NCBI GenBank assembly: GCA_965248195.1
Contig: CBDFIQ010000002.1
Coordinates: forward strand, 2,432,001 to 2,496,000
Source: Longimicrobiales bacterium
GTDB taxonomy: Bacteria > Gemmatimonadota > Gemmatimonadetes > Longimicrobiales > Gaopeijiaceae
Direction: 5' to 3'
DNA: 64,000 nucleotides
Under the pieces are notes generated by a model. It was not told the origin of the DNA. It searched no databases and saw only the letters and a list, made by a program, of their open reading frames with translations. Both the position numbers and the translations under genes were made by a program. This document shows positions 1-9,896 of this stretch, one piece after another; the stretch's first letter is position 1, and every line of letters begins with the position of its first letter.

Positions 1-833
1 ACCTGCTCGGGGGTTAGCATCGAGATACCGCCATGGCGGTGCTCGGCATTGTACCAGCGGAAGAACGATCGACACAACGTCTTGGCCTGGCCCTGATCCC
101 CGAACCGCCCGGGAAACGAGGGATGGTACTTCAAGGTTTTGAACTGAGCCTCGGAAAACGGGTTGTCATCCGACACCTGAGGCCGGCTCAACGAGCGAGT
201 CACGCCGAGGTCAGCGAGAAGTTGAGCGGTGCATTGGCTCGTCATTGGAGCTCCCCGATCCGAGTGCAGGGTCAGGACCCGGGGCTGGACGCCATGCTTC
301 AGGCAGCTCTGCTGGATCAACCGGCCGGCCAGGGCCGAGTTCTCCCGGTCCGCCACCATCCAGCCCACGACGTAGCGGCTGTAGATGTCCATGATGACGT
401 AGAGGTAGTAATAGCTCCACTTCTTCGGCCCGAGTAGCCGCGTGATATCCCAGGACCACACCTGGTTCGGCGCCGTGGCCATCAACTCGGGCTTCTTGTA
501 CTCGGGATGGGTGCGCTGCGCCCGGCGTTCCTGAACCGGCACCTCGGAGGCCAGAACACGATACATCGTGCGTTCGCTGCACAGGTAGACCTCTTCGTCG
601 AGCAGCGTGGCCACCACCTCGGCGGGTGAGCGGTCCACGAACCGCTCCGAACACAGCGTGTCGAAGACCTCGCCTCGTTCCGTCTCGCTCAATGCCCGGG
701 CGGGCGTCGGGCGGGGCTGCCGTTGCCCGGTCGATGGGCCTCGACGACGGTAGAACGTCGATCGGGAGACCTCGAGAGCCGCGCACGCCGGTTTTACACC
801 GACGTGCTTAGCCAGCTCATCGGCCGCCTTCAA
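1..833 (-). CDS. IS3 transposase OrfB (DDE/rve integrase core), partial
   Basis: Mirror image of 12337..13344; runs off the window edge. Confidence 0.9.
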   Translation of the reverse strand, partial: MKAADELAKHVGVKPACAALEVSRSTFYRRRGPSTGQRQPRPTPARALSETERGEVFDTLCSERFVDRSPAEVVATLLDEEVYLCSERTMYRVLASEVPVQERRAQRTHPEYKKPELMATAPNQVWSWDITRLLGPKKWSYYYLYVIMDIYSRYVVGWMVADRENSALAGRLIQQSCLKHGVQPRVLTLHSDRGAPMTSQCTAQLLADLGVTRSLSRPQVSDDNPFSEAQFKTLKYHPSFPGRFGDQGQAKTLCRSFFRWYNAEHRHGGISMLTPEQ

Positions 834-1279
834 GAGTTCGTCCCGTCGTCGAGGCTTATCCCCAGCAGCCCCGCAACTTTTCCCTGCACGTCGATGATCA
901 GGTGTGCCTTCCTGAGCTCATTCTCGAGCCGTGCGTTTTGCCGCTCCAGCTTGCGTACCTTCTCATCCAGCGGATTCCGCTCCGGCTTGCGGCCGCGTTT
1001 CTTCGACAGGGCCTTCAGCGACCCGCTATGCGCCGCCTTGCGCCACGTCGTCAGGTGCGACGAGTACAGGCCCTCGCGCCGCAGGAGCTGACCCACCTCG
1101 CCGGGCTCGGTGCACCGGTCCGCTTCTTCGACGATCCGCAGCTTGTACGATGGACTGAACCGCCGGCGTAGCGGCCTATCTACTACCTCCGGGTCCGCAG
1201 GAGCTGCCGCGCTTCGCTTGGCCTCCCCGATTCCAGGGGCACTACCATTCTCTTCCATTCTCTCTCGCAGTCCCAACAT
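830..1279 (-). CDS. IS3 transposase OrfA (HTH)
   Basis: RRRFSPSYKLRIVEEAD...LLRREGLYSSHLTTWRK followed by a coiled coil; identical to 11891..12340. Confidence 0.9.
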   Translation of the reverse strand: MLGLRERMEENGSAPGIGEAKRSAAAPADPEVVDRPLRRRFSPSYKLRIVEEADRCTEPGEVGQLLRREGLYSSHLTTWRKAAHSGSLKALSKKRGRKPERNPLDEKVRKLERQNARLENELRKAHLIIDVQGKVAGLLGISLDDGTNS

Positions 1280-1352
1280 GTTCGTTTTCTCTGCCTTCGC
1301 CCTACTCTAATTCTTTGCGTGCTCCGTGTCTCACGTACGTTGGCAGAGAGGG

Positions 1353-1613
1353 CTAGAGCTCTTCGGGTTCGTCCCAGGTCTCCTCCCAGAATTCGTCCTC
1401 TTCCCTACTGATCTGCTTGAGATCCAGGGGCTCCGGATCGTCGGTGAAGAGCACGCCCTCTTCCTCGATCCGACGAATGTCGCCCTCGTCGATTCGGGGA
1501 GGCGGGACCTCGATCGATCTCTTGAGCTTCCGTCGCATGGAAATCCACGCGCACCCAACCAAGGCACAGAGAAAGAACCAGAGCACGGGCCAAAAAAAAC
1601 GAATGCTGATCAT
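1353..1613 (-). CDS. Small membrane-anchored hypothetical protein with acidic C-terminus (86 aa)
   Basis: ATG at 1613 just after the thrC stop; N-terminal hydrophobic helix FFWPVLWFFLCALVGCAWI; tail EEDEFWEETWDEPEEL. Confidence 0.7.
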   Translation of the reverse strand: MISIRFFWPVLWFFLCALVGCAWISMRRKLKRSIEVPPPRIDEGDIRRIEEEGVLFTDDPEPLDLKQISREEDEFWEETWDEPEEL

Positions 1614-1626
1614 GACCGCACGCTGC

Positions 1627-2817
1627 TCATGAGATCGGAGACATTCCCACGTACTTGAGCCCGCTACCCGTGTTGAAGAGCACGACCTCTTCCGCAGGAT
1701 CGAGCGCACCCATCGCGATGAGCGCGGGTACTGCAGCTGCGACGGCACCGCCCTCCGGGGCCGCGAAGATCCCGGTGTCCTCTCCGACGGCCTGTACCCA
1801 ATCTGCCATATCCTGGTCTGGGATCGCCACGGCAGCCCCGCCTGACTCCCGGATCGCGTTCAGGATCAGAAAGTCACCGACTGCCCCCGGCACGCGCAGC
1901 CCCGACGCATAGGTGGCGGCATCCGCCCACGGTTCCGCCTCCGCGGCCCCGCTCTCCCAGGCTCGCACCATCGGGGCGCACCCGGCTGCTTGAACGGAGA
2001 ACATCTTCGGCCGCTCCGGCCCGATCCAGCCCATTCGCTCCATCTCGTCGAACGCCTTCCACATCCCGATCAGGCCGGTCCCGCCGCCAGTCGGGTAGAC
2101 GATGCCGTCGGGAAGCCGGCCGCCGAGCTGTTCGAAGACCTCGTACCCCATCGTCTTCTTGCCCTCCACCCGGTACGGCTCCTTGAGCGTCGAGAGATCG
2201 AACCAACCGTGTTGCTCCACACCCGTCCGCACCACACGCCCGCAATCGGTGATCAGCCCATCGAGAAGCTGTAGGTCGGCGCCCAGCGCCCGCATCTCGG
2301 CGAGGATGGGTGCGGGAGTATCCGTGGGTACGACCACATGGACCGGCAGGCCGGCCGCGGCGCCGTAAGCCGCCGCCGCGCCGCCCGCGTTGCCCGCAGA
2401 CGGGAGCGCGAGAGCGGTGGCACCCAGCTCCTTTGCACGAGAGACGGCCAGACACAGCCCGCGATCCTTGAAGCTGCCCGTGGGATTCTGCCCCTCGTCT
2501 TTGACCCAGATCCGGCCAGCCCCCATGCGGGCGGCCAAGCGGGGGGCGTCGAGAAGCGGCGTCCACCCCTCGCCCAGGCTGACTTGGAAAGCCCTGTTTC
2601 GAACGGGGAGCACGTCCTCATAGCGCCACAGATCGGCCCTGCGCCCAGTGAGGTCGGCGGGTTGGAACCCGGGCCGAATGGCGTCGAGGTCGTAGCGCGC
2701 GAAGTACGGCTTCCCGGCGGGCGACAAGCCGTGCAGGGCTTCGCTCTCGACGGTTTCGCCGGTGTACGTGCACTCGAGGTGGCTGGCCCCGCGGAGGGGC
2801 GCGGAAACGGATGGCAT
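1627..2817 (-). CDS. thrC: Threonine synthase (PLP fold type II)
   Basis: SLGEGWTPL, NPTGSFKDRG (PLP lysine), SAGNAG, YPTGGGTG, FNTGSGLKY. Confidence 0.88.
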   Translation of the reverse strand: MPSVSAPLRGASHLECTYTGETVESEALHGLSPAGKPYFARYDLDAIRPGFQPADLTGRRADLWRYEDVLPVRNRAFQVSLGEGWTPLLDAPRLAARMGAGRIWVKDEGQNPTGSFKDRGLCLAVSRAKELGATALALPSAGNAGGAAAAYGAAAGLPVHVVVPTDTPAPILAEMRALGADLQLLDGLITDCGRVVRTGVEQHGWFDLSTLKEPYRVEGKKTMGYEVFEQLGGRLPDGIVYPTGGGTGLIGMWKAFDEMERMGWIGPERPKMFSVQAAGCAPMVRAWESGAAEAEPWADAATYASGLRVPGAVGDFLILNAIRESGGAAVAIPDQDMADWVQAVGEDTGIFAAPEGGAVAAAVPALIAMGALDPAEEVVLFNTGSGLKYVGMSPIS

Positions 2818-2820
2818 CAG

Positions 2821-2844
2821 AAAAGAGTCACCAAAAGAGTCACC
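2821..2844. repeat. Perfect 12-bp tandem duplication AAAAGAGTCACC x2 in the thrC ribosome-binding region
   Basis: Seen directly at 2821-2832 and 2833-2844. Confidence 0.9.
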
Positions 2845-2856
2845 GAGGGTAAGGCC

Positions 2857-4893
2857 TCAGTTCGAGTCGGCCGCGCTCGTCATCATTTTCAAATCGTCGG
2901 AAGCGCCCCCCAGCAACCTGACGCCTATCGCGACGGCCAGCAAAGCCGGAGCCAGGAGCACCCATGGTGGCGCCTCTCCGCCACTCTCGAGCCAGGCGCG
3001 GAGCGCGGGAATGGAGGCCATCAAGACAATACTCCCGTTGTTCACGAAGTGCATGAGGATGCCCACCCATATTGAGCGCGTGGACAGGACGGCCCATGCC
3101 AGGAGGAAGCCGAGCCACGCCGTCGGCAGAAAGCGGAACGCCGACTCGAAGGAGATGTGGAACGCTCCGAACACCAACCCGTTGAACGCGGCGACGTGCA
3201 CCGCGGACGCACGGTCTCGAATCCCCGCGAGGAGCACGCCCCTGAAGACCACCTCTTCGCAGATCGCCGGCGTCAGCGCCAGCAGGGCGAGCAGCCACAA
3301 AAACCGTGACGGGCTCTCCGCGGTGATGAGGTCCTCGAGGCCCTCGAGCATGTCCCACGGAACCGGGAGCACGAATCCCTGTGCCCATGCGAGGAACCAG
3401 CCCAACGGCATCCCTCCGGCAATCAAAAGTAGAGCCCCCACGACCTTCTGACCCTGGGGACGCCGGAAGGAGAAGGTCTCGCCGAAATCGAAACCGGCTA
3501 CCCGTACGAAGAGGAACGCGGGAAGAAGCAAGAGCAGCCACTCGGACAGGAGCAGTCCGCGTTCTCCCCACCCCGCCTGGAGCGGGAAGCCCATGTAGAA
3601 GAAGAGCACGGCCACTGCGGCGATGAATCCGATCGCCTGTGCCGCGCTCGGCGTAGCGGAAACGGGGCCGAGCAGCCGACGAAGCCGCTCCCGGAGCCCC
3701 CCGCCGGATTGGACGTGCGCGTCCCCTACCCCGAAGAGCACGTCCTCCCGACCGAAGGAGGCCGAGGCGAAGGAGAGCGCAGCCCACGCCCAGAGCCCCG
3801 TCGTGGCGACTGCCACCGCGGAGGGAGCGAGCGCGGGACTCCCGGCCATGAGTTCACGGAAGAAGATCGACAGTCCCGCGACCGGGACGGCCGCCAGAGC
3901 CAGCGTGAAGCCAATCCCGGGAAACACCGGCAGCAGCGCCGGCACCATCACCAAGAGATATACCGGCGTCAGTGCTGTCTGGGCCTCCTTGAAGGAACGG
4001 GAGCGAAGCGCGATCCCCAGGAAGAGCGACGCGAACAACACCGAAAGGGGGATGAGGGTAACGAAGATGAGTAGTACCGAGCTCCATGGCAGCGCGAATT
4101 CGATTTCCAGACTTCCGCCAAGCTGGAAGAGGCCGGTCTGAAAGGTGAGCAGCATGCTGGCCAGATTGAGAGCGGCGGCCACCACACCGATGAGTGCTAC
4201 GGCCAGAAACTTTCCTACGACGATTTGCCGAGGTGGCACCGGGGCGGTAAGCAGCGTTTCCAGCGTGCCGCGCTCCTTTTCTCCGGCCGCCATATCGATG
4301 GCCGGGTAGAAGGTGCCGAGCAGCGTCATGAGGATCAGCAGCATAGGCAGGAAGCGCCCGAGAGTGTATCCGCCTAGTTCCTCCGCTCGAGCCACCGAGG
4401 AATCGGCGACGGCCAACGGGTCGGCAAACCCTGGTGGAAGTCCGCGCTCGGTGAGTCTCCTAGCCAGCAACGTGTCGTCCCAGTTCCGGAGGGCCCGGGC
4501 CAGGACGGTGCGCGCCCGCTGTGAACGCTCATCGGCCGCGTCGTAGAGCACGGTAGCCCTCTGTGTGCCTCCCCCCTCGGGCCGCGGCCCGAAAACCACC
4601 ACCGCCCCGACTAATTCGGAGCGGACCGCCTCCACGGGGTCTGGCGCGTCGAGTAATTCGAGTTCCTCGTCGGAGGCCAAGAACTCGATGACATCGTCTG
4701 AAGCGGGACCAGTGACCGCCACCTGAGCCGCCTCGGACTCGATGCGGCGTATGCCCAGAAGCGCGAACTGCTCGGTGGCGATGAGCAACACCGGATAGAG
4801 CAAGATTGGGATCGCCACCATCACCATCAGAGTGCGGCGGTCCCGTAACGTCTCGCGCAACTCCTTACGGAAGACGACCCAGGCCGGACTCAA
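2857..4893 (-). CDS. natB: NatB-like ABC-2 permease fused to a CPBP (CAAX/Abi) intramembrane protease domain
   Basis: KELRETLRDRRT, AGEKERGTLETLL, RSFKEAQ (NatB); PAICEEVVFRG, FGAFH, MHFVNN (CPBP). Confidence 0.85.
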   Translation of the reverse strand: MSPAWVVFRKELRETLRDRRTLMVMVAIPILLYPVLLIATEQFALLGIRRIESEAAQVAVTGPASDDVIEFLASDEELELLDAPDPVEAVRSELVGAVVVFGPRPEGGGTQRATVLYDAADERSQRARTVLARALRNWDDTLLARRLTERGLPPGFADPLAVADSSVARAEELGGYTLGRFLPMLLILMTLLGTFYPAIDMAAGEKERGTLETLLTAPVPPRQIVVGKFLAVALIGVVAAALNLASMLLTFQTGLFQLGGSLEIEFALPWSSVLLIFVTLIPLSVLFASLFLGIALRSRSFKEAQTALTPVYLLVMVPALLPVFPGIGFTLALAAVPVAGLSIFFRELMAGSPALAPSAVAVATTGLWAWAALSFASASFGREDVLFGVGDAHVQSGGGLRERLRRLLGPVSATPSAAQAIGFIAAVAVLFFYMGFPLQAGWGERGLLLSEWLLLLLPAFLFVRVAGFDFGETFSFRRPQGQKVVGALLLIAGGMPLGWFLAWAQGFVLPVPWDMLEGLEDLITAESPSRFLWLLALLALTPAICEEVVFRGVLLAGIRDRASAVHVAAFNGLVFGAFHISFESAFRFLPTAWLGFLLAWAVLSTRSIWVGILMHFVNNGSIVLMASIPALRAWLESGGEAPPWVLLAPALLAVAIGVRLLGGASDDLKMMTSAADSN

Positions 4894-5651
4894 GCCGGCT
4901 CCTCAGGGGGGACGGCCTCCCCGTCGCTCCCGCCGTCTCCCTGGACCAGCGCGAGAAAGGCGCACGCCAAGTTGCGCTCGCCGGTCTTTTCGATGAGCGA
5001 GGCGGGCGTCCCCTCCGCCACAAGACGTCCGCCACTCAGGACGCCCACGCGGTCGGCCAGCAGCTCCACCTCGGCCATCTGGTGCGTCGAAAAGACGATC
5101 GCCTTTCCGCGATCACGCTCCGCCTCGATGAACCGATAGATCACCTGGCCGCTGAGCACGTCGAGTCCCATGGTGGGCTCGTCGAGGATCAGCGCGGGCG
5201 GATCATGGACGAGCGCGCGGGCCACGGAGACGCGTTGGGCCTGCCCGGTCGATAGGGTCCCACAGCGCTGGCTCGCGAAGGGCGTGATACCGAACACATG
5301 CATGAGTTCGGCGACCCGTCCATCGAGGGCTGGCTCCTCCATTCGGTGGAGCCGTCCGAAGTACTGGAGAAGCTCCACCGGAGTGAGGCGGTCGTAGAGT
5401 CCCATCGAGGCGGCGAGAAAGCCGATGCGTGCACGCACCACAAGGGGCTGCACGCGCACATCGGCATCGCCCACCAAAGCGGTACCCGAGGTCGGTGCCT
5501 GTAGCGTCGCCAGGCACCGGAGCGCCGTCGTCTTCCCCGCCCCGTTAGGACCGAGGAGCGCATATACCTCCCCGGGCTCGACGCGAAGGGAGAGACCCTC
5601 CACCGCACGGAGCGGTCCGTAGGTCTTCGTCAGATCCTGGAACTCGATCAT
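4890..5651 (-). CDS. natA: NatA-like ABC transporter ATP-binding protein
   Basis: Walker A GPNGAGKTT, signature LSTGQ, Walker B LILDEPT; overlaps the permease start. Confidence 0.88.
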   Translation of the reverse strand: MIEFQDLTKTYGPLRAVEGLSLRVEPGEVYALLGPNGAGKTTALRCLATLQAPTSGTALVGDADVRVQPLVVRARIGFLAASMGLYDRLTPVELLQYFGRLHRMEEPALDGRVAELMHVFGITPFASQRCGTLSTGQAQRVSVARALVHDPPALILDEPTMGLDVLSGQVIYRFIEAERDRGKAIVFSTHQMAEVELLADRVGVLSGGRLVAEGTPASLIEKTGERNLACAFLALVQGDGGSDGEAVPPEEPA

Positions 5652-5683
5652 GCGGGCACCGTATGGGAATATGCGCACTCCGG

Positions 5684-5711
5684 GCAACCCTCCAGAGCGC
5701 CACCGCGTCTA
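5684..5711 (+). promoter_or_regulatory. Putative ECF-sigma promoter GCAACC-N16-CGTCTA
   Basis: Typical ECF -35 AAC and -10 CGTC elements with a 16-nt spacer, about 30 nt upstream of the ECF gene. Confidence 0.65.
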
Positions 5712-5740
5712 ACGCTAAATGATACCTCGGCCCCGTGGGA

Positions 5741-6319
5741 ATGAACGAAGCGCAACTGTTACGAAAAGCGTGCCAGGGAGACGGGCCCGCTGTGCGAGCT
5801 CTCTACGAAAGGTACTCCCCCCGCGTGTACGCGGTCGTTCGGCGAATAGCGGCGGATGACGATCTTGCGCAGGATTACGCGCAGGAGGCGTGGATCCGTG
5901 CGATCCGTGCGCTTCCGACGTTTCGGGGAGAGGCCCGGTTCGCTACGTGGCTTCACCGCATCGCGGTAAACTCGGCCCTGCAGGCGGTCCGGAGGGCGGA
6001 GACGCGGCACAAGAAAGAGGTGCCGATGCCTGAGTCGTTGGCCGTGGCTCCACCGGCGGGGGATGCTCTGCTGAGCCAAAAGCTCGAGTGGGCGCTCGAC
6101 TGCTTGCCCGAACGCATGCGAAAGGTGTTGATCCTCCATGACGTGGAGGGTTACACCCACGACGAGATCGGTGAACTGTTGGGGACCACCGCGGGGACGT
6201 CCAAGTCCCAACTGTTCAAGGCCCGCGGAAAAATGAGGGCGTTACTGAAAGACCTGGCTTCATCGGAGAGTCCGGGTTCGGTAGACGACGGAAAGGAAAT
6301 GGAAGCATGGAGCATCTGA
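5741..6319 (+). CDS. ECF RNA polymerase sigma factor
   Basis: DLAQDYAQEAWIRA, FRGEARFATWLHRIAVN, LHDVEGYTHDEIGELLG...SKSQLFKAR. Confidence 0.93.
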   Translation: MNEAQLLRKACQGDGPAVRALYERYSPRVYAVVRRIAADDDLAQDYAQEAWIRAIRALPTFRGEARFATWLHRIAVNSALQAVRRAETRHKKEVPMPESLAVAPPAGDALLSQKLEWALDCLPERMRKVLILHDVEGYTHDEIGELLGTTAGTSKSQLFKARGKMRALLKDLASSESPGSVDDGKEMEAWSI

Positions 6320-6975
6320 CACCCGACACGCTTGCTCGTCTCGTCGACGAGCGGCCGAGTCCCGACGAGCGGGAGCACCTCGAGGCGTGCAGCCGCTGCG
6401 CTGAGGAGTTCCGATCATTCAGGCTTCAGTCCGACGCCCTCGGAGGCCTTGCAGCACTAAGGCCTCCGTCGGGCGACTGGGAGTCGCTGGAGGCTCGGCT
6501 AGTGGGCGAGGGGCTCATCCGCACGCCGGAGACCTTCCGGCGCTTTGGCTTCGCGGCGGCCCCGGCCTGGATGCAGGCCGCGGCGGCCGTCGTGGTCTTC
6601 CTCGGGGGGACTGGGTTCGGGCTCGCGCTCACGAAGGGAGCGACAGCGGATAGGCTATCGCCCGAGAGCATGCTCGTTTCTATGTCGCAGATCTCGTCGG
6701 CCGAAGAGGCCGTGCGAGCCGTGGAGTCCGCGGAACAAGCCTACATGCAGGCGCTCGTACGTTACCGGCAGTTGACGGGCGGGAGCGACGGGCCGCGGGT
6801 TGCGGACCCCTTGAGCCGCGTGACGGCGTTGGAGGGCCTGTTGGCTGCGAGCCAAGAAGCGGTGCGCCTCGCGCCGACGGATCCGGTCTTCAATGGGTTC
6901 CTGGTCAACGTACTGGCCGAGCGACAGGAAGTCCTGCGGCAAATTTCGACCAGCAGGAACGACGACTGGTTCTGA
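6307..6975 (+). CDS. Zinc-finger (HxxxCxxC) anti-sigma factor, single transmembrane helix
   Basis: EHLEACSRC motif; TM WMQAAAAVVVFLGGTGFGL; overlaps the sigma gene. Confidence 0.82.
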   Translation: MEHLTPDTLARLVDERPSPDEREHLEACSRCAEEFRSFRLQSDALGGLAALRPPSGDWESLEARLVGEGLIRTPETFRRFGFAAAPAWMQAAAAVVVFLGGTGFGLALTKGATADRLSPESMLVSMSQISSAEEAVRAVESAEQAYMQALVRYRQLTGGSDGPRVADPLSRVTALEGLLAASQEAVRLAPTDPVFNGFLVNVLAERQEVLRQISTSRNDDWF

Positions 6976-6977
6976 CG

Positions 6978-8312
6978 ATGAGTGTCGGACCCCTCGGGAG
7001 CGCCGCGAAAACGGCTGCTCTGGTCACCGCCTTGATCGCCTTGTGTGTGTCCAGCGGTTACGCCCAGATCCTTCCGCCGGGGTGGGACGTGCCCGTCGCC
7101 TCGGTGCGCCAGCTCGATCCAGCCGAGCGCGGTTGGATCGGCGTCGGCGTGGAAACTACCGTCACGGAGGCCGCTAGAGGTCCCGTCACCCTTGAGGTAC
7201 GCGTTGTACGCACGGTTGACGGAGGTCCCGCGGTGCTGGTCGGCGTCGTGCCCGGCGACGTCATCCGTACCATCGACGGGGACCCCATCACGATCGAACG
7301 CTGGCAGAGGTTTACGCAGAACCTCCGTCCCGGGGTGGATTTGCGTCTTGCGCTCGAACGCGCAGGCCGTAGGCGGGAGGTACGCTTGACAACCGCGCCG
7401 CGACCGAGCCTTTCGCCGGTGCCCATGGGGCTGACCGTTTACCTGGACTCGGTGCGGACGTCATTCCGGACCCGGCTCGAATCGGGCAGAGGCGTGTGGG
7501 CCAGCCGGGACTATGTGACACGCCTCATCGCGGGCGACTCGGTCGAGGAGACATCCAGACGAATCCTCGATCGGACTCGTCAAAATGTGGTGAGGTACGG
7601 TGTCCGCCCGGGATCGAACGCCGACATCCTTACTCCATCCGGGCAAGGCGGCGATCGATACTCCGTCGTGTGGAACACGGAAGCGGCGCTCCCCTTCGAG
7701 TACCTCATGCTCCAGTCACCCGAGGCGGACTCGGTGAAGACCGCCATCATCCGCCTACGAGGGGCGCTAACCGAGGTAACCGAGGCCACCCGCGTCCGAG
7801 AGCAAGAGATCAGGGCGATCGTGGAGCGGACGGCTAGGCGGCTGGGCGATAGCGATGCACAGCTCCTCCGCTTGAGGTTGGATAATGAGCGGGTCCAAGA
7901 GGATCTCGAGCGACTTGCCGTCCGCTTAGCCGAGATCGGCTCGAACGAGCGCGAAGCCAGGATACAGGTCGCGGGAATCGGGTCCGAGATCGCGGCCCGC
8001 ATCCGGCCGATCACAGCCCGTGTAGCCGGCCGGAATTTCATCGGCGGCGCCCAGTTCAACGACCTGAATCCCCAGTTGGGCGAATACTTCGGCACGGATC
8101 ATGGCGTGCTCGTCATCCAGGTGATGAGCGGGACGCCATGCGCCGAGGCGGGTCTCGTGCCGGGTGACGTGGTCACCCACGTTGGTGACACGGAGATCGA
8201 TAGCGTCGAGGGCTTCCGCGCAGTTCTGAACCGGGTCTTCGCCCGACGCCGACAGGCTGAGCTCACGCTGGTGCGACAGGGAGAGCAGGTCGCGGCTACG
8301 CTGGCGCGCTGA
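6978..8312 (+). CDS. Secreted protein with two PDZ domains and a central coiled coil
   Basis: Signal peptide; GWIGVG...GGPAVLVGVVPGDVIRTIDG and GVLVIQVMSGTPCAEAGLVPGDVVTHVG. Confidence 0.82.
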   Translation: MSVGPLGSAAKTAALVTALIALCVSSGYAQILPPGWDVPVASVRQLDPAERGWIGVGVETTVTEAARGPVTLEVRVVRTVDGGPAVLVGVVPGDVIRTIDGDPITIERWQRFTQNLRPGVDLRLALERAGRRREVRLTTAPRPSLSPVPMGLTVYLDSVRTSFRTRLESGRGVWASRDYVTRLIAGDSVEETSRRILDRTRQNVVRYGVRPGSNADILTPSGQGGDRYSVVWNTEAALPFEYLMLQSPEADSVKTAIIRLRGALTEVTEATRVREQEIRAIVERTARRLGDSDAQLLRLRLDNERVQEDLERLAVRLAEIGSNEREARIQVAGIGSEIAARIRPITARVAGRNFIGGAQFNDLNPQLGEYFGTDHGVLVIQVMSGTPCAEAGLVPGDVVTHVGDTEIDSVEGFRAVLNRVFARRRQAELTLVRQGEQVAATLAR

Positions 8313-8458
8313 GGCCCCACTCTGGGGGCTCCCACCTCCTCCTCCTCTTACGCGCTGATGCGAGTTGGACCTCCGTGGTGCCCCGAGGCCCCTTCAGGCG
8401 GGACGCGTCGGGACCCTCTAGTGCCATCGCCGCTTCTTTGTCGACACCGCCACCTGCT

Positions 8459-9405
8459 TCACTCCCAGTGAGAGCTCACCCTACTCAGGAAATGTGCCTC
8501 ATGCTCCCAGGGGCGCTGATCGTAGCTGATGAGCTGGTTCGCCACACCCCATCCCCCGAGGTGGAGCCCCAGGTCGAGATGGCGGTCGATCCACGCGCCG
8601 CCAGGGAATCGGTCGGTCAGTAAACCCTCTACGGGATCGCCCCAAGTAAGGAAGCTGAAGTCGTCTTGGGCGACGTGCACGCGCTCATGGGCGAAGAGCG
8701 CGGCCACTTCCGCGTTCGCACGGGGAGCGTGGAGGCCGCCACGGAGCCAGATCACTCCGCCGACTTGGGACGCGATCCAGCCCGGCTCATCCATTGCTCT
8801 CGGGAGAAGAAGACGGGCGTACCCGCCGAGATGCTCGCGCCGAAGTCGAAATCGACGTTCTCCCGGAGCCCGAGATAGGCGGTGGCGAGTAGCGTGAGCA
8901 CGTCGAGCTGTACCCGCGTGTGCATCTGGAGCGCGGACGTGGTGTCGCTCCACAGGTACAGCCGGGCTACGCCGATTGGAAGGACGAGCCGCTCGAGCGC
9001 ACCCCGGCCATCGGCGGCGCTGCGCACCATCGAAGTGCCCACGGCCGCCACCTCGCGACCGACCAGCCCTGCGCCGTAGAACCGCTCGACGGCGATGCGC
9101 TTGCCGGCGTAGGCAACGGCACCACCGAGCGCGCCGTCGATGAACGCCTCCCAAAATGAGCCGCCTCGCAGCTTCTGGATCAGGGCGGCGGTGAGCCCGC
9201 CGAGCGCGGCGTTGCCGCTCAGGAATTCCAGCTCACCCGGCCAGGCGAGGGGCCTGGCCGTGCGCTCGTGTGGGACGGTGCGCAGCGGATCGGATTCCGA
9301 TTGTCCGTTTGCGGCCAGCGGGTAGACAAGGAGCACGAGCAAGAGCGCTGTGGTTGTCGGACGCCAGTTGCTTCCGACCACCGGACGCCCTCTCTGCGCG
9401 CTCAC
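8459..9405 (-). pseudogene. Frameshifted secreted HExxH (zincin-like) protein
   Basis: ORF 8752..9405 gives the signal peptide and N-terminus. ORF 8459..9154 gives AHERVHVAQ and PWEHEA. One extra G near 8791 joins them as REQWDEPGW (315 aa). Confidence 0.72.
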
Positions 9406-9430
9406 GTGTGGAGAGCCGATTCAGGGTAAC

Positions 9431-9760
9431 TCAGCCGTCGTCGGCACCAGCGGCCTCGATTTCCAGCGCTCGCCGGTTGTTGCTGTTCGAGATCTCCTCG
9501 AACTCGATCTCGACCGCGTCCCCTACGGAAATAGCGGAGAGACCGCTTAAGCCCTCGTACTGCGTGGCGGCGGTCACCTCGTAACGGATCCCGTCGTCGG
9601 CATCGAGAAAGTCGGACCCGATCGCCAGGACCGTGACCGGGACCTCATTCTGTTCGTTCTCGTCCTCATTGCCGGTGACGGCGCGGTTGCAGCCCAGGAT
9701 GCTAAAGGCGAGTAGCAACATAGCCAGGCGGGCGAACGAGGTGGTGCGTGTGCGGCTCAT
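9431..9760 (-). CDS. Small lipoprotein, DUF5666-like beta domain
   Basis: Lipobox ILGC; T(x)YEG...ISVGDAVEIE...ALEIE pattern. The start could alternatively be 9769. Confidence 0.68.
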   Translation of the reverse strand: MSRTRTTSFARLAMLLLAFSILGCNRAVTGNEDENEQNEVPVTVLAIGSDFLDADDGIRYEVTAATQYEGLSGLSAISVGDAVEIEFEEISNSNNRRALEIEAAGADDG

Positions 9761-9804
9761 GATAGACACCTCAAGTTGGAAGTGGACCTGGTGATTTCAC
9801 TTAC

Positions 9805-9833
9805 AGGAGCAGCTCAGCCGCAGCCTTTGTGAC
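9805..9833 (-). promoter_or_regulatory. Putative ECF promoter GTCACA-N16-TGCTCCT (copy 1)
   Basis: Same bipartite motif and spacing as 13778-13806; points into the lipoprotein gene. Confidence 0.7.
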
Positions 9834-9869
9834 GTGTCCGCGAGTGTGAGGATGCCCGGAGGCTCCGCG

Positions 9870-9896
9870 GGAACCTCCATCCGGAGGACGGACTAC
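9870..9896 (+). promoter_or_regulatory. Possible ECF-type promoter GGAACC-N15-GACTAC upstream of the TonB receptor
   Basis: GGAAC -35 consensus; the -10 element is only approximate. Confidence 0.35.

Larger units (their letters stand above)
1..1352 (-). mobile_element. IS3-family insertion sequence, copy 1 (cut by the window edge)
   Basis: Reverse complement of 11818..13169 (position x pairs with 13170-x), and the ORF translations are identical. Identity stops at 1352, next to the stop codon of the gene at 1353. Confidence 0.95.
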
